In this document: positions 47,613 through 57,922 of the stretch, in pieces
Position numbering within the stretch: position 1 is the stretch's first letter
Layout of the letters: the number at the start of each line of letters is the position of its first letter
Source of the DNA: an uncultured bacterium
Lineage (GTDB): Bacteria; Bacteroidota; Ignavibacteria; Kapaibacteriales; UBA2268
Direction: 5' to 3'
DNA length: 64,000 bases
Assembly: GCA_942490685.1 (NCBI GenBank)
Contig: CALNXW010000016.1
Span: 105,144-169,143 of the forward strand
Position numbers and translations under genes: made by a program
Notes under the pieces: model-generated
What the model was told of the DNA's origin: nothing
The model's database searches: none
The model's input: only the letters and a program-made list of their open reading frames with translations

Positions 47613-50600
47613 TTACTCCACTTCAATCTCACCCAAATCAACAATGCCCTTATCAATTTCTATCTTTACAACATTCTCCTGCATTTTCTGGTTTGGTTTG
47701 CCGTAATTAGTATATATTTTGCAGCGAATCTGTGGATCAATGCTAGATTTTTGTCTACTATTGCCATAAAAGTTGGCTTTTATTTTATATTTTCCAGGAA
47801 GTGCATCTTTTATCATGTATACTTCAGGACCGTAGCCTCTAGTCATATCTTCACTCAAAAATCCACCTCTTTTGGTATACCTTTTACCATAGTAGCATTT
47901 TGTACTATCCGGTTCTATTACCCAAAGATCAAGATCAGTTTCGTCCATCACCCAAGTGACCTCAATTCTTAAATCTACAGGAGATTTGAAAATATAATCC
48001 TGATTATAATTTGAGATATTGATTTTATCTTTATGCTTATCTAAGAGTGCATTGAATTCAGTAATCAGAGTAGTTCTAATACCTGAATATTCCCAAGCTA
48101 TATCTCTTGTAAATAGATTATAGAGCGAATCAGCAGCTGCCTGATATTCGCCAAGTTCAGCTAAGCATAAAGCATAATCTCTAAAACTTTGAGGCTCTTC
48201 AGCTCTGATTTTTAGAATATGTTTGTAAATACTTTTTGCAAAATCATATTCCTTATGTTCCATCATAAAACCTGCAACACGTCTAAGATTTTCATGATCT
48301 TCCAGATTTATTTCCGCCAAATTAGAAATAACTCTGCATGCTTCTTTTATTTTGCCGCTCTTCTCAAAAACCTTTGCAGCATCAAAAAAGAAAGAAGGAT
48401 TCATTTGATTGTTTTTTCTAAGCTCAAAATAAGTATCTTCTAGTTCTCCCAAAGCAGCTGAACTAAGTTCTTTGTAGTATTCTTTTGAGGATTGGTATTC
48501 TTCTGTAGCAACAACTGCATTTGCAAATGGTTCTTGAGTATCCGGAAAATACTTACTTCCGCCTATTCCCATCCCACCGGTAAACTTCTCACCAAAATTC
48601 AATCCATTAACTAGAATCTGATCATCTTCGTGACGTGAACCTCTGACACTAAAGCCAGCGCCACTATTAGTAACTCCTGCCTTCATTGATATCGCATCAA
48701 CAATGTTTTCATTTGCAACCATTTCTCTATTTGCTGTTACAAACAAAGGTAGTGTATTTAGAACTTTATCTATCATTTTGACTTCAATATATTTATCTTC
48801 TTTTGGATTTATATTAGTGAGTACTTTTTTTCTTTTTGCAACGTGACTAAATTCAAGATCGAAGCTATCCAGCAAATTGCTATTTAGCACAAACATACCG
48901 GAGGGTTTTGTTTTAGCTCCATGTTTTGTTCCTAGTATTCTGACGGTAACTCCCGGAAGAGGTTTGTTATTCGCATCCATAACCCTGCCTATCAGAATAC
49001 TTTCGGGTAAATCATAAATTGCGGAACAATTCATAATTTTATATTTTAAACTGTGCCCCTCTGCAAGATAATCATAGCTTGTATTTGGAATTCGAAATAC
49101 AATCATCTGATCAAAATGATTTTCTAAATCTTGGCAAGGTATAGTATATTTAATAAACTTACCATCATCAGATAGACTTAAAGGACCTTCTTTATCTATC
49201 TGCCAGGAGCTCACACTATCAATCAATGAAAACTTGACTTCAATGGAATCTACTTGTTCAATATCATTTTGTTCCAGTTCATCTTCGCTGATATAACAAA
49301 AGTTGCGACCACGATTATAATAAGTAGTGGATAATTCAGATTCCAAGTTTGAGGATATGCTATTATCATTAGAATACACTGTGATATCTCCAATTCTAAA
49401 TTTGCTTCTATCTATATGACTTAGACCAATCTTTAAAGATTTTCTGTTCTCATTATACCAATTACTATTGAGGTCACTAATTGAAACAAAAGTATAAAGT
49501 CCCATATCCGGTTTCTCTTTTTTCAGCATACTAACTACTTCTGAATATAATTCCTTATCTCGTCTTGATAAGAAAGATTGCGACAAGTTTTCCATATAAT
49601 TTTGATTATCAATTGCTATAGCAGAATTTTTGATAAAGTATATTTTTGATAAATCTAAAGAGCTACTATCATCAGCAATTTTGATTGCAATTTTACCATG
49701 AATTTCAGCTATTTGATCTTTATATTTGTCTCGTATTTTGTTCTTATTCTCTTGATATGGTAGAGAAGATACATAGTAGATACCGTCTAAGTTTATACTA
49801 TTCTTTTTGAAAATATTTGTTCCACTTAAATATCTAAAATGACTCTCACAGTAATAATCATTCCTAGGTCTGCGCAAATAATTTAGATAATTATTCAGCA
49901 TCTTAGAACTATCTAAATCTCCTTGAGATAGATCATAAAAATACTTTTCACGATACTTATTATTTCTATAAATACTATCATTCTTAGTATTTTGATATTC
50001 ATAATCCCACGACAAATCAGTATACTTGAAAAACATATTATTATATTCTGCATATCCAGGTAGTAAAGAATCTAAATCAATAGCTGTTACTAACTCTTCA
50101 TCAGGAGTAGTCGTTATTTGTTTATAGTGTGAAGCGACTAAACTACTTACTTCTTTTGTATATTGCTTCCACTTATCTACTAAATCAAGATTTTTTTCTG
50201 ATAAGAAATAAGCACCATCTTTTACCAGATATAATTTGCTATAGTATTCAATGAGGTCAGCTTGTCTGATTTCAATTTTTAAAATAGAATCTTTATAATA
50301 ATTGATTTCTTTTCGATATTTATATTTTCTATCCAAACCATATTTGTATTTGTAATAAGAATTTGCAACAAAAGAAAGATTCTCTAATTTCTCTCCTACA
50401 GGATCTCTCATTTCGAAGCTAGAAGTATGTCTAGATGTAAATCTTTGCAGCCCATAATTTCCATAATATCCATAATATCCATAATTCCTGACACTGAAAA
50501 TAGAATCGTTAATTAGTACTTCTCGTATAGGCAAGCTGCGATAGTATTCCGGATACTCTTCATTGTATTTACTTAGCACATTATAATGAATATTTTTATG

Positions 50601-52511
50601 CTGACTAAAATCAAAATCCGGCAATAATTCCTTTAAATCAATAACATAATAAGCTTTATCATCAGACATTACATCCATATTTTGTATTATTTTTCCCACT
50701 TTGGTATCAAGTATTCTATAACAAGAATCTAGATATTGCACTTCCTTAAAATCTAAACTATGCCATAATTTCAAATCTTTTATCTGTTGGAGTACAGTAT
50801 TCTTTAAGTTTTCAATTCGTCTAAGACTATCAGCTTCTAAATCCCTATTATACCTAGCATAATACTCTTCCATTGCTGTTGCCAAACTATCATACTCCTC
50901 TCTCATCTCCGCCGGCGGCTCAATCTTATAACCATAGTAATCCCATGCTGTTTCTAAAACAATCAGTGAAGTGAAGGCAGTTACTAAAGAGTATTTTTTG
51001 CCTAACACTGTGATTTCTTTTTCGTTTTGTGTTTGATTTAAATTCAAGTCTGCCAGCTTCTGTTTTGCCCAGATTTTATGAAGGATGCCCGAGTTTGTGC
51101 GATTGCTCTCAGTAATGTTAATTGGAATCGTTTTAGTTACTTGATTGCCGTAACCAAATTTTAGCTTTAGCTGCGAACTTGATTGCATCTTACCTGAGAT
51201 ATTGATATTTCCTTTTACTACTTCATTTTTTGGATAAACTTCACTAGCTGCGCCCTCTATACCTAAGAAATAAGGGAATGAGTATGTGAGTAGATTTAGG
51301 GCTTGATTAATGTCATCATTTGTTAGATTTATATACTCGCCTCCTGTTTTTCCAGCCATATTGCGGCATGCATCATGATCAGATATAGAAGAACTATTGA
51401 TGATATACATAGGTTTTTGAGACTCATCAAAGCTGCCTTCGCCAATATTATTTATACCGTCAGAGAAAATGAATATCTCATCGCCACGAAGCTTGCTTAG
51501 ATCAACTGAACTGTAATTTGTAGCACCGTCAATTCTGAGTCCGTTTATATTTGCTTCTATCTCATCAAAATCTGCATTTTCGAAATATATTGGTTTATCA
51601 GCATAAAGGCTGAATGGTACCAGTTCTACGTTACATTTGTTGTACTTTAAGTATGCTTCCAAAAGCTCTAAATCTTTTTTGATATCTGAATTTAAGCGAG
51701 AAGCAGATATATCCCAAAGTACACTAATCGTATTTGGTTTTGCCTTGGGTTTCAGCATCATGTCCGGATTAAGAGAGATGCGGAAGAAATCCTCATTATT
51801 GTACGTCTCAAGCTGAACGCTCTCTTCTCCAAAATGAGGAATAATAAACTCATAAAGTTCCTTTGCCTGATAATCAGTATACTCAGACATCAATGTATAA
51901 GCCCCATTAGCTTTTCCGAACTTTGAATTATCCGAGCTGTTGTTAATTGGCTCTGCAAAATCTGAGTAAATCGTAGCTCTGAAACTAAACGAATCCAGCT
52001 TGTTTGGCATATCCAGCGGCAAAGAGTATTTCAAGCCATCCGGTGTAAGCGTAAGTTCTTCTTCATAAGCAATTACAATATGCTTCTCCTTTTTAGAAAA
52101 TAGTGGATATACTCTAGAACGGAAGTTGTTTCCGCGAGTAACCTCGAGCAAGCCGGGATCAACACGACGGTTAACAATCTTTTCGTAAGTCACTCTCCCT
52201 TTTTCCTTTTCAACTATTACGCCCTCACGCAATTTCTCATTCACATCCATAGCAAAGCGGGATACCACCACACCTTCAGCTAAAGGAAAGTCAAGCTGAC
52301 CTTCCAGAGTTCTGTCATGCGGATTGTAGAAGTGTAAATCATAGGTTGTAATTGCGAGTGAACCAACAATTTTTACATCAACTTTTGCTTTTTTAATTGG
52401 CAAAGTAAAGTCCTTTTCCGCCTCAGTAACAGTAATAGAAGGCATGCCTGATTGTGAAAAAACAGGCACTGCCATCAGCATTATAACTATCAATATTTGT
52501 ATCGTTTTCAT
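47613..52511 (-). CDS. Giant secreted protein: VIT, vWA-like, TPR/DUF2135 C-terminus, carboxypeptidase-regulatory-like domain, and a ~570-aa Tyr/Lys-rich insert
   Basis: Signal peptide; LEGQLDFPL, VDPGLLE, VLWDISAS, FSDG, SLVTAFTSLIVLE; W..DETDLDLWVIEP, DMTRGYGPE, NFYG. Confidence 0.85.
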   Translation of the reverse strand: MKTIQILIVIMLMAVPVFSQSGMPSITVTEAEKDFTLPIKKAKVDVKIVGSLAITTYDLHFYNPHDRTLEGQLDFPLAEGVVVSRFAMDVNEKLREGVIVEKEKGRVTYEKIVNRRVDPGLLEVTRGNNFRSRVYPLFSKKEKHIVIAYEEELTLTPDGLKYSLPLDMPNKLDSFSFRATIYSDFAEPINNSSDNSKFGKANGAYTLMSEYTDYQAKELYEFIIPHFGEESVQLETYNNEDFFRISLNPDMMLKPKAKPNTISVLWDISASRLNSDIKKDLELLEAYLKYNKCNVELVPFSLYADKPIYFENADFDEIEANINGLRIDGATNYSSVDLSKLRGDEIFIFSDGINNIGEGSFDESQKPMYIINSSSISDHDACRNMAGKTGGEYINLTNDDINQALNLLTYSFPYFLGIEGAASEVYPKNEVVKGNINISGKMQSSSQLKLKFGYGNQVTKTIPINITESNRTNSGILHKIWAKQKLADLNLNQTQNEKEITVLGKKYSLVTAFTSLIVLETAWDYYGYKIEPPAEMREEYDSLATAMEEYYARYNRDLEADSLRRIENLKNTVLQQIKDLKLWHSLDFKEVQYLDSCYRILDTKVGKIIQNMDVMSDDKAYYVIDLKELLPDFDFSQHKNIHYNVLSKYNEEYPEYYRSLPIREVLINDSIFSVRNYGYYGYYGNYGLQRFTSRHTSSFEMRDPVGEKLENLSFVANSYYKYKYGLDRKYKYRKEINYYKDSILKIEIRQADLIEYYSKLYLVKDGAYFLSEKNLDLVDKWKQYTKEVSSLVASHYKQITTTPDEELVTAIDLDSLLPGYAEYNNMFFKYTDLSWDYEYQNTKNDSIYRNNKYREKYFYDLSQGDLDSSKMLNNYLNYLRRPRNDYYCESHFRYLSGTNIFKKNSINLDGIYYVSSLPYQENKNKIRDKYKDQIAEIHGKIAIKIADDSSSLDLSKIYFIKNSAIAIDNQNYMENLSQSFLSRRDKELYSEVVSMLKKEKPDMGLYTFVSISDLNSNWYNENRKSLKIGLSHIDRSKFRIGDITVYSNDNSISSNLESELSTTYYNRGRNFCYISEDELEQNDIEQVDSIEVKFSLIDSVSSWQIDKEGPLSLSDDGKFIKYTIPCQDLENHFDQMIVFRIPNTSYDYLAEGHSLKYKIMNCSAIYDLPESILIGRVMDANNKPLPGVTVRILGTKHGAKTKPSGMFVLNSNLLDSFDLEFSHVAKRKKVLTNINPKEDKYIEVKMIDKVLNTLPLFVTANREMVANENIVDAISMKAGVTNSGAGFSVRGSRHEDDQILVNGLNFGEKFTGGMGIGGSKYFPDTQEPFANAVVATEEYQSSKEYYKELSSAALGELEDTYFELRKNNQMNPSFFFDAAKVFEKSGKIKEACRVISNLAEINLEDHENLRRVAGFMMEHKEYDFAKSIYKHILKIRAEEPQSFRDYALCLAELGEYQAAADSLYNLFTRDIAWEYSGIRTTLITEFNALLDKHKDKINISNYNQDYIFKSPVDLRIEVTWVMDETDLDLWVIEPDSTKCYYGKRYTKRGGFLSEDMTRGYGPEVYMIKDALPGKYKIKANFYGNSRQKSSIDPQIRCKIYTNYGKPNQKMQENVVKIEIDKGIVDLGEIEVE

Positions 52512-52535
52512 GTTTATTTTCCTTTTGTTATTTTT

Positions 52536-53273
52536 TTATCGCATTACGATAAGCTTGCTATTGCCAATCATTTTGCCTTCTGACAAACAAACTACACTAT
52601 ACATCCCAACTTGTAAATCATTCACATCACAGGATATGTCTGTGTCAATTCCTAAATGCTCGCCATGTATCTGTTTTACAAGATTACCGCTTGTATCGTA
52701 GATTTCGATAACAACATTACTGGTATTTTGAGTATCAAGCTTCAAAACAAAGTGAGTACTAGCCGGATTTGGACTGATTTTCATGCTCGTTATTGCTCCC
52801 GGAAAATTTTCTTCAGATACTTCTATATATGACAGGTGTTCTAGGTTTTCCCGCAAATACCAAAATTCTATATGCCTTCCTTCATGATCTAAGTAAAAAC
52901 AAACAAGTTGCTCAAAAGAGTCTTCCATAAAATAAAAGCGGGTACTTCGAGTATTCTTTGGAGGTGGAATTAAATTGTTGACATATCCTGTTTTGAATTT
53001 TTTGTATTCAGAAGTTACAAGTACAGGTTGAAGATCAGGTAGTTCGTTTACATTTTTAGAATTAGTGAGATTGATTCTTTTTTCGTTAATTTTGACACAA
53101 ACTAATCCTTTTTCAGTCCTCTGCAAATACGACACCTCATCACCAATAGTTATACCCAACTTCTCTGCTATATCTTCTGTTAATTCAGTCTTTTCTACAG
53201 CATAAGGATTGGTATTTGGCGACCATGCAACTAAAGTTGCAGTGAGCATCAATAAAGCAATTACATATTTCAT
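52536..53273 (-). CDS. T9SS CTD-containing hypothetical protein
   Basis: Signal peptide; ISPNPAS...IYDTSGNLVK...GMYSV...KLIVMR. Confidence 0.75.
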   Translation of the reverse strand: MKYVIALLMLTATLVAWSPNTNPYAVEKTELTEDIAEKLGITIGDEVSYLQRTEKGLVCVKINEKRINLTNSKNVNELPDLQPVLVTSEYKKFKTGYVNNLIPPPKNTRSTRFYFMEDSFEQLVCFYLDHEGRHIEFWYLRENLEHLSYIEVSEENFPGAITSMKISPNPASTHFVLKLDTQNTSNVVIEIYDTSGNLVKQIHGEHLGIDTDISCDVNDLQVGMYSVVCLSEGKMIGNSKLIVMR

Positions 53274-53433
53274 ATTATTCCCCTCAAAAGAAATGTGTTT
53301 CTATGTAGATTAACAAAAGGAAGAAAAAGTTACAAAAATTTATTAATAAATAATATCTGATAGTATAAGGAGTCAAAAAAAAACCGTCCAAAGATTTGTT
53401 CTTTGAACGGTTCTAAAAAGAAGATATAGTATT

Positions 53434-54144
53434 CTAGTTGTTAAAAATCTTAGATTTTTCAACTTTGCCCCAGCCATTTACTCTGATTTCCTTAAAATCA
53501 GGATGTGATGTTTTCAATACCACAGAACAGTTAAAATGTCCTTGCTTTTCAGGAATGAAGCTACTAATAATTTTCAAAGATTTATGAGCTTTTACGACCG
53601 CATTTTTATCTAAATCTAAGTGCATATTTTTAGGTTGTATTTCAAAATCTTCAATTTTTAGGTCTTTATCAGAATTGTTAATCAGCTCTATGCTCGCCTT
53701 GCCTTCTCTTCCAACTTCCATCTGCCCAAAAGTGAAGTATTTAGGAGCCACTTCTAAATCCATTGCAATATTAGCTTTAAGTCTGTAGTAGTGAGGTTTC
53801 TTTTCATCTACATCATTTGCGTATATTTTTATAGTTTTGCTGACAGACCCACTATGACTTACTTTCAAAGTAATGTCAATAGTAGCTGTTTCATTTGGTT
53901 GTAATGTATCTTTTGATATTGGCGCAGTTGTGCAGCCGCAAGTAGGTTTAACTTTAGTAATGATTAGAGTTTCATCGCCGGCATTTCTAATTGTGGCCGT
54001 ACCTTTAAGAGGTTCTGGTTTGCTGCCTGAGTTTACTAAACCCCAATCATGAGTAGAGCCGCCTACAAATTCCAATTTTGGACCTGCAAAAGCAGCTAAA
54101 GAAAACGCAACCAGCATCAATCCAATCGTTCCGAACAGTTTCAT
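53434..54144 (-). CDS. DUF1573 domain protein, paralogue of 29080-29799
   Basis: LEFVGGSTHDWG, VKPTCGCTTAPISKDTLQPNETA. Confidence 0.8.
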   Translation of the reverse strand: MKLFGTIGLMLVAFSLAAFAGPKLEFVGGSTHDWGLVNSGSKPEPLKGTATIRNAGDETLIITKVKPTCGCTTAPISKDTLQPNETATIDITLKVSHSGSVSKTIKIYANDVDEKKPHYYRLKANIAMDLEVAPKYFTFGQMEVGREGKASIELINNSDKDLKIEDFEIQPKNMHLDLDKNAVVKAHKSLKIISSFIPEKQGHFNCSVVLKTSHPDFKEIRVNGWGKVEKSKIFNN

Positions 54145-54307
54145 TTATTTTCTCCTATTGATTCTATTAAAAAACTAGTAGTGAATTTATGAATATTTGT
54201 AATATAATAAAAATTGTCTTTGCTTGTAACATATAAACAGAATTATTTGTATTTTGTTATCATATTTTTTACACTTCAATATAAAAGTTCGGCAAATTTG
54301 GGAATAT

Positions 54308-56620
54308 ATGTCTTCAGTCATTCAACATAAAGCTAAACATTATATAGACACTTTAGTAGTTACTTTGTTACTTTGTTTTGTGCATTTTTTTGCAAGTGCT
54401 GATACAAAGATATATTCTTTGAAAGAACTTGAAGGTGACGTAATTAATTTAGGCCCTTGTGCAATTGATGATACATTGGTTTTTAGGATGGTTATTGAAT
54501 CCGAACATCCAAACAATTTATACATGACTGAACTTATACCTTCTTTTGCGATAAGTAAGTCAGAATTGGATAATTATCCTGTACCACAGCACCGTGAGTT
54601 TCTTCATTTGTTTGATAAATTCCCTTATACTTTCAAAAAAGGGGATATTGATACCTTCAGTTTTTCATTCAAACCTCAAGATCCGATACAGCAATATCCT
54701 TATGGATGGAAGCATGCAGATTTAAGGATGGGGTTAACTAGAAATGTGAATGACCCTACAGATCTTCATGATAGTATCAAGTACTTATTAAAAGCCAAAA
54801 AAACACCTCTGTTTGCTGATGGATTTGATGATTATTATAGTTTTGATTCTGTATATGTAAATCCTATAATTCCAAAGGTTTTTAAATGGCGTGTTAAAAA
54901 TGTAAAAGATTTCGATGTCATATTAGAATCACAAGAATCGAAATTGCTTTCTGATAAAAAGACAGATGATGAGTTTACGGTTCAAAACAGATTCTCTCAA
55001 ACAGAAGAAATTGAAATCAGGTCTAAAAATATCGTTACTTGGGATATCTCATATTCTCCAAAAGATGTAGAAGCAGATTCGATTTTGGTAGAACTGTTTT
55101 ATACTCGAGAGCCTGGTGATCAGGACACAATTATTCTCAAGGCAGTGGGTCAGGGAGTTTTGCAGCAGATTGATTTTGTTGATTTAAATCATCCTTTTAG
55201 TAATGATACTATTCATTTAGGTGATATTCCAATTTATGAAAAGCAGCTGATTGAGGGTAAAATCTATAACGACGGCAATTTGCCGTTTGGTAAAAAAGAT
55301 ATTTATATTGAGGATATCGGCACTTCTACTTCCAAATTTAGCTGGAATGATATTATATCTCCTATGTCGGATAATACTCATTTACAGTTAAAACAGTTTG
55401 ACTCTCTCAAATTTGATTTGACGATGGAAGAGGCTGGTGAATTTCTGCTTGCTTACACTATACATAGTGACATCGCTGATAGAAAAATATTCGGTACGCC
55501 TGACTCTGTAATATATAAGAGACTCTATATAAGAGGAAAATGTGTAGCGCCTAAGCTTAATGCTATAACTGATACTATTAATATTGGTAATGTCGTTTTT
55601 AACAGAGAAGACTGTCCATCAGACCAGGACACTGCTTATACTGTATTTAATTCGGGCGATTACACTCTTAAGTTGAAGTTTGCTTTAGATCCCGAACATC
55701 CCATGACTCCTTTTAATATTGAGCCGAGAGAGCTAATTGTTGCTCCTAATGAATCAAAAAATATCAATATTTCTTTCAAGTCTGAAGAATACGGTGAGTA
55801 TTTAGCTGATCTGCTTGTAATATCAAATGAGAAATTTCCAGAAGAAACTATCAGAGTGCCTTTGCGTGCTATGAGTATAGAACCGGTGCAGGCAAAACTG
55901 ACATTGCCGGATATTAAATCAAAACCGGGGAGGGTGATTACATTGCCTATCGTGCTGGAAAATAATTCTATTTCGCCTGCGGTATTAGCCGGAACTTACA
56001 CAGATTCTCTGTTTTATAATCCTTCACTGCTTAAATACAAAGGTTATTCTTTACTTGGAACTGCATCGGAATTTGTACCAAATCCGGTTATCCTGGAATA
56101 TAGTCCTGGGAATCTTCATATTGATATTTCTTTGCAGGGCGAGGAAACTTTTCTTGCGAGAGATACTATTATAAAATTGCAATTTGAGACCTATCTCGGC
56201 GATGCAGTGGAGACGCCAATAAGATTTTCTAATCCTAAGTTCGGGAATAGTAATTGCGATGATATTATTGATATTCCGGAAAATAACATTCATAATTCAA
56301 CTTTTACTTTAGATTCTATATGCGGGATTGAGTATATTGTCTCGCCGGGTATTAGTTCGCTTTTTGCAATAAAAGAGATATCCCCAGTGCCTGCAGATCA
56401 AAATTTGAAATTAGAATTCAATGTTGCGGCAAAGACTTATGTAGGATTTAGAGTGTATGATACGTTTGGTAAAACATTATTAAATGAAGATTCAAACCTA
56501 ATGCCAAAAGGAATCTACGAAAGAGAGCTTAATGTTAGTGATTTTCCGGTTGGCATTTATTATCTGGAATTTAGAGCCGGTATTTATCAGGAAATAAAGA
56601 GTTTTATAATAAATCGATGA
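54308..56620 (+). CDS. T9SS cargo with ASH/Ig and cohesin-like domains; start probably ATG 54308
   Basis: N.GDYTL Ig-like unit, FYNPSLL cohesin-like motif, CTD ISPVPAD...GIYYLE...FIINR. Confidence 0.75.
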   Translation: MSSVIQHKAKHYIDTLVVTLLLCFVHFFASADTKIYSLKELEGDVINLGPCAIDDTLVFRMVIESEHPNNLYMTELIPSFAISKSELDNYPVPQHREFLHLFDKFPYTFKKGDIDTFSFSFKPQDPIQQYPYGWKHADLRMGLTRNVNDPTDLHDSIKYLLKAKKTPLFADGFDDYYSFDSVYVNPIIPKVFKWRVKNVKDFDVILESQESKLLSDKKTDDEFTVQNRFSQTEEIEIRSKNIVTWDISYSPKDVEADSILVELFYTREPGDQDTIILKAVGQGVLQQIDFVDLNHPFSNDTIHLGDIPIYEKQLIEGKIYNDGNLPFGKKDIYIEDIGTSTSKFSWNDIISPMSDNTHLQLKQFDSLKFDLTMEEAGEFLLAYTIHSDIADRKIFGTPDSVIYKRLYIRGKCVAPKLNAITDTINIGNVVFNREDCPSDQDTAYTVFNSGDYTLKLKFALDPEHPMTPFNIEPRELIVAPNESKNINISFKSEEYGEYLADLLVISNEKFPEETIRVPLRAMSIEPVQAKLTLPDIKSKPGRVITLPIVLENNSISPAVLAGTYTDSLFYNPSLLKYKGYSLLGTASEFVPNPVILEYSPGNLHIDISLQGEETFLARDTIIKLQFETYLGDAVETPIRFSNPKFGNSNCDDIIDIPENNIHNSTFTLDSICGIEYIVSPGISSLFAIKEISPVPADQNLKLEFNVAAKTYVGFRVYDTFGKTLLNEDSNLMPKGIYERELNVSDFPVGIYYLEFRAGIYQEIKSFIINR

Positions 56621-57384
56621 AAAAACTTCTCTTAGTCATATTTTTTATTTTTGGAGCAGCCAATCTCTTTAGTCAGGGGTTTGACTGGCAATATTCATAT
56701 AGAGAACCTGCAAAAGGTCCAAATTGGTTTGGTGGTATCATTGCAGATATATCCTATTATGATCATCAGGGGGAATTTTTTCTCTTTGAAAACCAAACAG
56801 TTTGTTGTCCATATAAAGGTGGATCAGGGAACGGTTTTAGATTTGGACTAAAAACTGAGTATTGGTGGAAGGGAGATATTGCTTTTAATGCTTCTGTATC
56901 TTATCTCAAAGCCGGGGGAGAGTTTACTACCAGACAGGAATACCAAAGAATAAATAATGTGATTCAAGTAGTAGAATTTGCTTATAATTCTGATTTAAGA
57001 TATATAGACTTTGAGTTTGCAGGAAAAAAACGACTGTTTAATTCTCATTTCTACTCTGAGGTAGTTTTTGGTTTTTTGTTTAAATTAAGTGATAACTCTA
57101 CTCATATAGAAAGAATTATTTCTCCACCGGAGTTGCCTTTTACGGATGGAAGCACCGAACGGGAATTTCCTTACAGAGAAATATCAGGCTTGAGGAGCTT
57201 CAACTTTGTTCCTGCTATCAATATTGGATATGATGTAAATCTTGGTAGTAATCTATATGCTTCAATATCGACCGGAATCAAGTTCCCGATAATGAGCCAA
57301 ACTTCAAATAATAATTGGCTTAGATGGCAAACCGGAATAAGCATCTCCATAAGCAGAGGTGTTGTGAATTATAAACTATTTTAA
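56617..57384 (+). CDS. Outer-membrane beta-barrel protein
   Basis: Signal peptide, alternating aromatic beta strands, ATGA coupling to the upstream gene. Confidence 0.65.
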   Translation: MKKLLLVIFFIFGAANLFSQGFDWQYSYREPAKGPNWFGGIIADISYYDHQGEFFLFENQTVCCPYKGGSGNGFRFGLKTEYWWKGDIAFNASVSYLKAGGEFTTRQEYQRINNVIQVVEFAYNSDLRYIDFEFAGKKRLFNSHFYSEVVFGFLFKLSDNSTHIERIISPPELPFTDGSTEREFPYREISGLRSFNFVPAINIGYDVNLGSNLYASISTGIKFPIMSQTSNNNWLRWQTGISISISRGVVNYKLF

Positions 57385-57388
57385 TGGT

Positions 57389-57883
57389 TTAGATGTATCT
57401 TTCGAGTTTTGATTTCATTTCTGATTCAAGATTTTCAAGCAAATTTTTATCTGCCATCTGGAAATCTGTAAAGTCAAATCCCGGACTTACAGTGCAACCA
57501 ACTAAACTAAAAGAACTCTTATCTATAACTTCAGCAGCCATCCAAACGCCGGCAGGCACAACAAATTGCAAAAAACTATTCTCTTCTAAGCTATTAGACA
57601 GTGTGATTTCTTGATATTCCAATGTAATATCATTAAACACTATCAAACGAAGTGGAGAGCCTAAATAAAAATGCCACATTTCATCTGATTTAATACGATG
57701 CAAGTGGGATATATTATTGCCATTAAGTAAATAATATATCCCTGTAGAGGCATTACGTATACCTGCAGAAACAATAAACTCTTCCTTTGAACGATAAGTC
57801 TCTTTGAAATATCCACCCTCAGGATGCTCTGATAAGTTTAGTTGTTTTATTATATTTTCAATTTCCATAATAATATCTCTCAA
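57389..57883 (-). CDS. Cupin_5 (DUF985) protein
   Basis: HPEGGYFKETYRS, HRIKSDEMWHFYLG, GCTVSPGFDF. Confidence 0.92.
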   Translation of the reverse strand: MRDIIMEIENIIKQLNLSEHPEGGYFKETYRSKEEFIVSAGIRNASTGIYYLLNGNNISHLHRIKSDEMWHFYLGSPLRLIVFNDITLEYQEITLSNSLEENSFLQFVVPAGVWMAAEVIDKSSFSLVGCTVSPGFDFTDFQMADKNLLENLESEMKSKLERYI

Positions 57884-57922
57884 TTGATTTATCTATTGTG
57901 GCATTCCTGACTAAGTAAGATA

